From assembly GCA_904063045.1 (NCBI GenBank), contig CAJFCJ010000003.1, forward strand, positions 2,218,504 to 2,282,503: a stretch of DNA of 64,000 nucleotides, read 5' to 3'. The stretch is from Dimorphilus gyrociliatus (taxonomy: Eukaryota > Animalia > Annelida). The stretch's first letter is position 1; each line of letters opens with the position of its first letter. This document shows, piece by piece, positions 55,817 through 64,000 of this stretch. Position numbers and translations under genes: made by a program. The notes beneath the pieces were generated by a model. It was not told the DNA's origin and did no database searches. It saw only the letters and a list, made by a program, of their open reading frames with translations.

Positions 55817-57244
55817 ATGAACACGGTAAAGAAACTGATAAGGTGCGATATTTGCAATAATTTCTACGAAATTAAGAATATAAAGTCTATTTGCTGTTCA
55901 AAGCGAGTATGTTTTTATTGTATTCGGATTATTACTGAACGTGAAAATGCTAGTATAAAATGTCCCTTCTGCTCTACTTCTTCATCTCTTACGTCTAATG
56001 ATATTTCAAATTACGAGTCGGGATATTTAACTAACGAAGTACAACATGAGCAGGAAGGTCAAAGGAATAATGATAGTAATGAGGAGAATAATACAAAAGA
56101 AAGGTTAGAAAATGGAAGATACGAAAGAGTTATGCGTAATTCAAGAATTTTAAAGGGATATTTTAAAAAGAGGAAGATTGATTTATTAAATGAACTAGAA
56201 TGTAAGTTCAAAGTCTTAGAAAATCAATTAGCTAACGACTATCGGAGATGCCTTAATGAACTTGATTGTATATATGATAAGAAAAATAAAGACATGAGAT
56301 TGTTTAAAAGGGAACTTGCCACCTATTTCAATTTTCTTAATGAAAATTTCAATAGACCTAGAGAACATATTGAGAGAAATCTAGTGGAAATGTACGAAAA
56401 AATCATGCTATCAAAAGTGGAAATGGTCGTAAATTCTGATATTATAAAATCAAAGTTTACACTTAACTATCAAGATTGTATTCCAGACATTTTGAAATAT
56501 GTAAAAACTATAGAATTATCAGTTGATAATGAGAAATTCAACGTCCAATCGATAATTGTAAATGAAGGTTTTTTACAAATTGTAAAAAACTATGTCAAAT
56601 ATTCAATAGTGGACGAATACGATTTGGACTGTAATTTTAGGAGAAGATTATATAAAATTAATGATATTATAACAAGTTTTACGATAAATTCAAATAATTC
56701 CATCTTTTACATTGGTACAATGAAATGTAACTGTATTTGGAAGAAGCTTTGCAATTCGATTTTAGATTCAAGCCTTTGGCTAAATATACAATTTCCTTTA
56801 CAAGTTCTATCAGTGAAAGATAAGGATATTTTAATATTATATAACGATGGATGTAATATTTCACGTTTTGACGAATCGGGTAATGAAATATGGAGAATAG
56901 CAACCAATCATGTAAAATCGTTAAGTTCCACGGATTCCTTCAACACTTTTGTAAGCTTTGAAGAGGAAATAATGAATTACTTATCCATTATCGATGGTTC
57001 TGGAGAGAATAGTTTAAATATTTGTGGATCTTTTTCCAAAGCGCTTGTCTTCAAACAACGAATTTTTCGGGTAGAAACAGAAAATAAGACTATTAATATC
57101 ATTGCATTATCAGATGGAAAAGTATATAGTAATTCTATTAAAATAGGCTGTCAACCTTATCAAATATACGGATACAAAGATTTTATGAATACTACAATAT
57201 ACGTTTTAACGACTGATAATCAAATATACTATTATAAATATTAA
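55817..57244 (+). CDS. Intronless RING - coiled coil - beta-propeller-like protein (TRIM/NHL-like architecture), 475 aa
   Basis: CDIC-x12-CC-x4-C-x2-C-x13-CPFC at the N-terminus, central heptads, and a beta-strand-rich C-terminus with short repeats. Confidence 0.75.
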   Translation: MNTVKKLIRCDICNNFYEIKNIKSICCSKRVCFYCIRIITERENASIKCPFCSTSSSLTSNDISNYESGYLTNEVQHEQEGQRNNDSNEENNTKERLENGRYERVMRNSRILKGYFKKRKIDLLNELECKFKVLENQLANDYRRCLNELDCIYDKKNKDMRLFKRELATYFNFLNENFNRPREHIERNLVEMYEKIMLSKVEMVVNSDIIKSKFTLNYQDCIPDILKYVKTIELSVDNEKFNVQSIIVNEGFLQIVKNYVKYSIVDEYDLDCNFRRRLYKINDIITSFTINSNNSIFYIGTMKCNCIWKKLCNSILDSSLWLNIQFPLQVLSVKDKDILILYNDGCNISRFDESGNEIWRIATNHVKSLSSTDSFNTFVSFEEEIMNYLSIIDGSGENSLNICGSFSKALVFKQRIFRVETENKTINIIALSDGKVYSNSIKIGCQPYQIYGYKDFMNTTIYVLTTDNQIYYYKY

Positions 57245-57268
57245 GAATGTAAACATTTTCTAAAAGCA

Positions 57269-57279
57269 AGATGGCGCTA
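57269..57279 (+). promoter_or_regulatory. CTCF/YY1-like motif just 3' of the RING gene
   Basis: AGATGGCGCTA contains the CTCF core AGRKGGCGC and overlaps the YY1-type AAGATGGCG. Confidence 0.35.
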
Positions 57280-58551
57280 TTTAGAAGTAAATAATCTTTT
57301 TTAATAGTAGCAGAAACAAAAACAGTTATTTTTACATTCTATTATGATATTAATACAAAAGCCTTAGAAAGGAAAATTCCGACACTAAGCTCTTGTAATG
57401 TGCTAGTTATATATTTGTAAGTAACGTTTGTGATGTAAAGGTCTGTTGATGTTTTATTTCTGTATACAATACAGTGTAACAGTGTAACATTTCAGAACTT
57501 GATATTGAACTTGTCATTATGAAACGCTTATTCTAAACTTTATACTAAAATCTCAATTTGAAAACTCTAAGTACACTCTAATAATTCGTATAAATGTAGC
57601 TTATTAGGCTTTCTCTTCTGTTGAAATTGCTATAATTATGATAAAATCTTGTCTTGCATAATTTCCATAGAAAATATATTATCTCTGTATGGTTTCTGTC
57701 AATCAGAGAATGACAGTAGGGAGAAAAGGAGTAAGAGATATTTATAGTCTGTCTGTAAGGATTCTTCTTTTCTCAGTTGAACCTTTATAAAAATTAATTC
57801 CAGATTATTTTATTATGTATCATATACCTTATCGGAGTATTAAATGATGAGTGTTACTTATTACCAACTAAATTCTTTGATAGTTAATTAATTTTGGTAT
57901 TCTAAGCAAATAATCCCGGCAAAATTCTTTTATAACCAACCGAATTTAGGGAGGAAAAATATATCCAACTTTTTAATTTACCTTAAAAGCAATTATTTAA
58001 ATAAAAGAAAAGTAGATGAAAGAGTAAAGAATGATATACGTCCATCTTCTTCTATTCAATTAGTTTTGGGATATGGTACTTAATTAGTGTAAATTGCTAT
58101 TGGGACGTTTTATAGGTTTTTTATTTTCATTCCAAGGGCGAAACTTTCTTATTCACTTAATTATAATAGGAAAATTTAGATAAAGTTGTACAAGGAGATG
58201 AAGATATGGTTGGGAAAAAACTAGAAAAATATCAATTGTTTTTTACTAAATCTAAAAAATACCTATTAACGAACTATAGTATCTATACGATATATATACT
58301 GTATACATTGTATACATTTCACTAATATATACAGTATATGCAAATCTGTAGTATACTCTTTATTACGATTTCATACGGGTGATTAATAAATCATTATACA
58401 CAATTTGATTATAAAAATAATCTAATCTAATATAAAAAATAGTTATTTAGTGCCTTTAATTTAAAGAAAGAAAAGATCTTTTTCTTTTCTCTCTCTATAT
58501 ATATCTCTCTTTCTCTTTCTTTCTCTCACAAATATAAAAAAAACACTGTTT

Positions 58552-58586
<35 letters not shown>

Positions 58587-58595
58587 GTCTCTCTC
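58552..58595. repeat. (CT)n/(CTCTGT)n microsatellite
   Basis: tctctgtctctgtctctgtctctctctctctctctgtctctctc. Confidence 0.9.
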
Positions 58596-58774
58596 AATCT
58601 ATAATGTTTCACTACCTAAAAGAAAGAGATTTACTTTTCTAATTTTTTATCTGTGTATTGAGGATATTATGCACCGTTTTATGACAACACTTAAAAAATT
58701 CTATACAATTAGACAGTAGTTTATGGGCAATTTTTTCCCAAATAAAAAAAAAAGAAATCCAATTTAGTACGAGT

Positions 58775-59224
58775 CTACGAAGGAGAACTAACTGATGGTG
58801 AAGAACTTCTTGGCGTTGATGGAAGAGATTCAGTTAGAGAACTAGTTTCAATAGAATTACTGTAACTAGGTCTACGAACTCTTCTACGTTTAACAAACTT
58901 CCAGATTAGAACGCTCGATATCAAGAGAACAACAAAAACGATAAAGGATATGAAGAAAGCGTAACTTTGTCCTTTAAGCCATATTTTATGCTCTAAATAT
59001 ATAATGAGATGTTATGTAGTATACGAAATATGTTTCCGCTATAATTTATGCATTGTATACATTCTTACCTTTACAATTCTTTTCATCGATACCATCTAAA
59101 CAGTCAATTTTACCATCGCAGAGCTTATCGTTAATACAAATTAATCCTTTAGAATTAACAGTAGAATTACAATAAGTGCTACTCCCTTGACAAAGTTTGG
59201 GCGTAGTTGTTATTTTTTCACCTT
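58775..59224 (-). CDS. 3' part of a small type I membrane protein with one LDL-receptor class A module (5' exon unresolved)
   Basis: Phase 1-1 exon 59224-59069 (CQGSSTYCNS..CINDKLCDGKIDCLDGIDEKNC). The last exon encodes a TM segment (AFFISFIVFVVLLISSVLIW), KRRR stop-transfer and a Ser/Pro tail to TAG at 58775. Confidence 0.75.
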
Positions 59225-59859
59225 CTGTTTGGAGATGAAAAGTGGAGAAAAGCAGAAACAAAATAAGGGAGAAAAAAAAACACGTATTACAAAAATAATG
59301 AAAATAATAATAATAAAGCCTAATACCAACCCATAATCAGGAAGTACGCTCCTTTTCGCTGACTATCCCTTTTTCTTATTGTATAATTATATAGAAGATT
59401 TGTTAAAAAGAAAGGAAGATGATAGAGTCAATCCGGTAAGAATAAATTTTCTTTTCAAGTAAGAATTTAATATTCCATAAACAAATGAAAAGTATTTGAA
59501 AATTTGTATAAATACATATAAAAGTATTATATTTATATATAAACTGTATACATGTATTTATATCCTTAGCAAAAAAAATGTTGTAAAGCAGCTGTTACTT
59601 TGAAAAATATACACTTGTCTTGTAAGTAGTGACACCTATATTTTATTATCTGATTGGTTATAAATTATTATACTGAATATATTTAATAGGAAAGGGAAAG
59701 CAGGTTTATTTAAAATTTAGTTATTTACTTTAATTATTTAATAAAGAAATATCAATAATTCTGAAGTAATATTTAATAAAAAAATTAATGATCATATGGG
59801 AAGATAGTGACAGCAAATTTATAATAGATTAATTCTTTTAAAGACTCGCTTCCAGCCAA

Positions 59860-59940
59860 CTATCTCCTTTTCCATTTCCTCCCTCTCTCTCCTCTCCTCA
59901 CCTCTCCTCTCCTCTTCCCCCGCTTTCGCCTCTTCATCCT
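59860..59940. repeat. Polypyrimidine/polypurine (CTCCT-rich) tract
   Basis: About 80 bp almost entirely C/T on the + strand. Confidence 0.7.
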
Positions 59941-60003
59941 AATCCTAGTCCTCTTACCATTCTCAAATCTGATTTTTCCCATCAGCAAATAAATCATTAA
60001 GAA

Positions 60004-62474
60004 TTAATTAATCTTCTCGTTAGAAACACCTTCACAAAAAGATTCTCTTGATGATGAATTTTTCGATAATCTCTGAGGATTTGTCTTCTTTGATTTGGAT
60101 TTATGAATTAGTCGAAAGAAATATATAAGCAGATTAAGGAGAATAATTAGAAATATAGCACAAAAAAGTAATATATAATCGACAAATGATTGGCCATGTA
60201 TTGGAGAAAAATTAAATTGCGTCGACCTTGAAGTCGTTTGATGCATAACAAAATTACTTTTACTTCTTTTAGTGATGGGGTTCTTAGTACCTCCATTTGT
60301 ATCGATTCTTTTATGGTTGGTCGTTTCTTTTAATGTTCCTGAAGTATACTTTTCATCATAGGTTCTTGATGTAGATGGACTTCTTGATCGATTGCCTGAC
60401 CTAAATTTTACATCAGCGGATAAATACAGCCCACAAGAAGAACGTAAATTTAAAAAAAAAGTAATTTTAATAACAATACCAATTGCAAATTTGAAACGGA
60501 TAAACACAAGGTATAATAACTGCCGACAACGATAATCCTACATTAGCGATGGAACCCAAACCCCATAATAAGATCTTTTTCCTTCTTTTCTTTGATTTAC
60601 GTTTGTCAAGTTGAATATTTTCCGTGACAGTTTTTTTTGCATTTCTCTATTTACATTTAAAAAAAAAAGCATCACTATGTACCTATCAGGTTCTTCTTGC
60701 CCGTATTAATAAGCATAGCTTACCTTATAGGGTGTTAGATAAGTTATATAACTTGTTGGAGAATCTTCTCCTTTAACTAATAGATTTTGCGAAGGCGAAA
60801 GATGTTTAAGCTTATTCAAAGCTACTTCAATAATATATTTTGACAATTTTCTCGTTTTATCTTCCAGTATAAGTCTTTCAAGATATTTTTTATCATTCTC
60901 CAATTGGGAAATAAGCTGTTTTGTTTGTTCTATTTCTTTTTTATTTAACTCTCTATTAGTTTGTTTGAAAATGTCTAATTTTATCTTTAATCCCTCTATT
61001 TTAGACTCTAATATTAACTCTTTATAAGTATCAATATTCATCCTTAAAGAATCAATTTCGTATTGTTTATCAATTTCCAATAATTCCAATTCTTTCTTTC
61101 TATCATCTGTTAAAGTATCCTCAATGTTTTTATTTGCGTTATCCTTATCAATCTCCAATCCAATATCTCTAATACGACGTATTAAAAATGATTCCTTTAC
61201 AACATCTAAAATATTTAAATTCTTATTTATTAAATGGAAGAATTTATCATTCCATTCTTTCAGCAATATTCTCATTTTATCTATTTCATTATTGAAATTC
61301 TCTTTTTTTCCATTGAATCTTATAGTATAAAATGTAATTAAGCCTAGATAAAAACATGTTGATATACAAACATTCTTAATAGAATACTGTGGAATGTATT
61401 CCTCAGGGAATGTTTTGAATTGATATTTGGAATATGTAATTGAAATTGGGCAAAATTGATAAAAAATTCAGTGTTAAGATGCATTTGTTGAAGTAAATCT
61501 TCTAGCAAATTTATCGAATTTAAATGATTAATTAAACCCAAAGATTCTCTAACTTCAGTATTTGATTCATCTATTAATCTTATATTTTATGTAAATTAAT
61601 CATTTAGTAGAATTATTATTAGTAAGATAGCAGACTTTTGTAAATCCTTTTTCAGTAAAAGAAATGTATTTAAGACGTTTCTAGTCCATATTTGTGATTC
61701 AGTTGCAAAATCGATAACTTGGGCAAGATTTTCATTTTCTGCTAGAAGAATATCATCAGGTATAGACTCTTTATCACTCAAACTTTTAAAAATTCTAATT
61801 ATTGGTATCAAAATACATTAATTATTAATAAAAAAAGATAATGATTAAATTAGGTTAATTAGTTTTATTTTTTTACTTAATTAACCCGTCTTCTGAAAAG
61901 GCTTTTGATAATTTCTCCTTAATTACATTTTGCTTTAACGTTATCTTATCAATTTCTCTAAACTCTTTAATTAGATATTCGCCAGTTTCTCTATTTAGTA
62001 AACTAAAGAAGAGGTCTAGAAATCATTTAAATATTTAAATGTGATAAATTTTCCATGGAAATGAATAAAAACCCGCTAAATGATTATCTCCTTCAACGCT
62101 ATCTATACTTGAAAAAAAAATATAAACTCTTTTCTTATTAAATCTATTAATAGTTTGTTTTTCCTTTTTTCTTTTGTAATTCTTTTTTACCTATTATCGA
62201 TTGACTGCTCCCGTTTAAAGCTTTTCAAAGAATTCGATTTAGAACCAGGCTAATTAGTATAATATTTAATGACGAAATATTTTTAATTAATTTCAATATA
62301 CCTGTTTCTTTGATAAATGAACTAATTTATTAATTTTTCTATATAAATAAAATATATTAGATTATAATAAAGAGAATCTTTCTATTTGATTTTAATTGTT
62401 TTAGCAATAGTTTACTTATTTTTTGAAGATTGATAATAAAAGAACGTTTTTTTAATGGCGGCATCGAATTCCCT
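60004..62474 (-). CDS. Multi-exon coiled-coil protein with two C-terminal hydrophobic segments, function unknown (5' end unresolved)
   Basis: Ten exons with fully consistent phases: 62474-62416, 62338-62302, 62249-62191, 62107-62073, 62015-61886, 61794-61636, 61578-61372, 61318-60724, 60646-60480, 60400-60004. Confidence 0.7.
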
Positions 62475-62549
62475 CTAAGAACGTATATTGAAAATATTGA
62501 AAGGAATTTTATATATAGTGTAACAAAAGTATATAATATGCATAATAAC

Positions 62550-63677
62550 ATCACCAAGGTCTTTTTCCTTGAGTTTAACATTTAAAACGATAACAAGATT
62601 GTAAAATATAATTATCAAAACATAATTATTCATAATCTATTTATTTTAATAAAAAAATTATCGTTTTCCATTGAAGTTTCATTTAAATACAATATTATAT
62701 CTGTATGAAAAGTAAAGATAATTAATCCTTCGGAAATTACTCAAGGTAAGACGGATAGAATAGGCAGACTTTCAAATGATACACAAACCTCTATACAGAC
62801 GCTTTAAAGATTTCATAGAAATGTCAAAAATAGAGTAGAATTTTTATTTAAAATAGCAAATGACGAAAAAAAATTGCTTAAATTCATTGATGAGAATATT
62901 GAAAATGCTGTAAAAAAGACATTCAGAATAGTTAAATTGTTTAATACTTGCTTATTTACTTATCAGCAGCTAATACTATATACTTTAAGTTAAATAGAGT
63001 ATTTCGGTTGCCATAGTAATTTTTTTCATCCGATACTTTATCTAAGGCTAACTAACTATTTGTAAAAAGAAAGTAAAATGAAATTCTATAACATTTTTTT
63101 TATAAACTTTACACTTATATCCAGTTAGGTAGAATCTTAAGGCTATATGAGAATTCTGATGGGAGACGTCTTATTATATTCTTATTATATCAAATATTAT
63201 TAGTATAGCATGTAGATATGTAAATTAAAATCATTATATGCATCTTCGGAAATACTATTTTCCTTTTTTTAAAAGGCTTCCAACTGAGAGAGATTTACCT
63301 TAGAAAACGTAACTGTAATTTAAATTAAACCGGAACTAATCCTATAAGAATATTTTCTGTAGAAGGTATTTCAAAGCATTCAAACAACGAGATTTATACC
63401 TTTTCAACATCTTTAATTAGTTTTGATAAAGTTGATAAGTTAAATGATATGGAACCTTTTTTTTTCTCCATAAATGAATAGTTTGTTAACTTGTAATCTA
63501 TTCCAAATTTGTCTTCCATTAAAAAGCAATCATTATCTTTCATATTTCCATATTTTGTCACTATTCAATAAATATTACATTCTATCCGTTATTTCTATCA
63601 GAAATACACCAGTTTTCATATTAATCTACACTGCTTAGAGGATTCGTAAACTCATCTATCCGTATTCTCCTCACAAA
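62550..63677 (-). other. Further small in-frame exons, probably the 5' part of the same gene or a neighbour
   Basis: Acceptor/donor-bounded open frames such as 63677-63632 joined in phase to 63562-63405 (MTKYGNMKDNDCFLMEDK..), and near 63040-62985 (DKVSDEKNYYGNRN). A complete path was not established. Confidence 0.35.
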
Positions 63678-64000
63678 CTGTTTATGAATGTCAAACAAGA
63701 AAAGAAAAAAACTGGAGCATTATAAAAGAACATAGAACAAAATAATAATAAACAACAAAAACATAAAAGTTCTGACAGATTGCGCGAATATTATCGACAT
63801 ATTAAATTTTAGTTATAACCTTGAAATTATTGATTTAATTTTCTATTTTAAAGCTTTTTTTTCATTGTAAATAATCTATTATTCTATTCTATTTTCTATT
63901 ATAAAAAAAAACGTAAGATAGAGAATTTCCTTTGATTGTCAATGTTACAAAATCTATATATTGTACACTGACCATGAAATTTATTGATTTAATTTGAATG

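Noticed and set aside
57907-58270. 58-codon and 32-codon plus-strand open frames after the RING gene
   Set aside because: No consistent start or phase path and no recognisable motif.
60480-62633. Retroviral/baculoviral envelope-like protein (signal peptide, polybasic site, fusion peptide, TM)
   Set aside because: The apparent signal peptide at 62633 is better read as a 54-bp intron, there is no canonical R-X-K/R-R site directly before the hydrophobic stretch, the gene has many introns, and no gag/pol/LTR lies nearby.
63007-63020. Perfect relaxed X-box GTTGCCATAGTAAT
   Set aside because: It falls inside a probable minus-strand coding exon (NYYGN) and no start codon of a recognised ciliary gene is nearby, so it may be chance.

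Overview
This is a eukaryotic (metazoan, probably lophotrochozoan) genomic window. It is very AT-rich (about 30% GC by eye) and extremely compact, with about 25 protein-coding genes and mostly 45-80 bp GT-AG introns. The layout fits a miniaturised genome such as the annelid Dimorphilus, but the species cannot be confirmed from sequence. Bases 1-51 kb hold conserved genes: SPAG6, TMEM145, PACRG, SNAPC4, BLOC1S3, ANKRD39, CEP85, SH3BGR-like, PIPOX, POLR2C, TMEM208, PTPMT1, CEP20, METTL18, a secretagogin-like and a Ly6-like gene, SUV39H, CLCN7, MAN2C1, XPNPEP1, CLP1 and CS, plus one tRNA. Bases 51-64 kb hold lineage-specific or orphan genes. Exon structures were rebuilt by hand from splice signals and reading phase, and family assignments rest on remembered protein motifs, not database searches. 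The most notable observations are a U12-type AT-AC intron in CLP1, an intact tRNA-Ile with a GAT anticodon, a SUV39H ortholog with no recognisable chromodomain, three consecutive cilia-linked genes each with an X-box-like element about 60-70 bp upstream of the ATG, intergenic CTCF-like motifs and extreme gene packing. I found no CRISPR array, no intact transposon and no prokaryote-type system.
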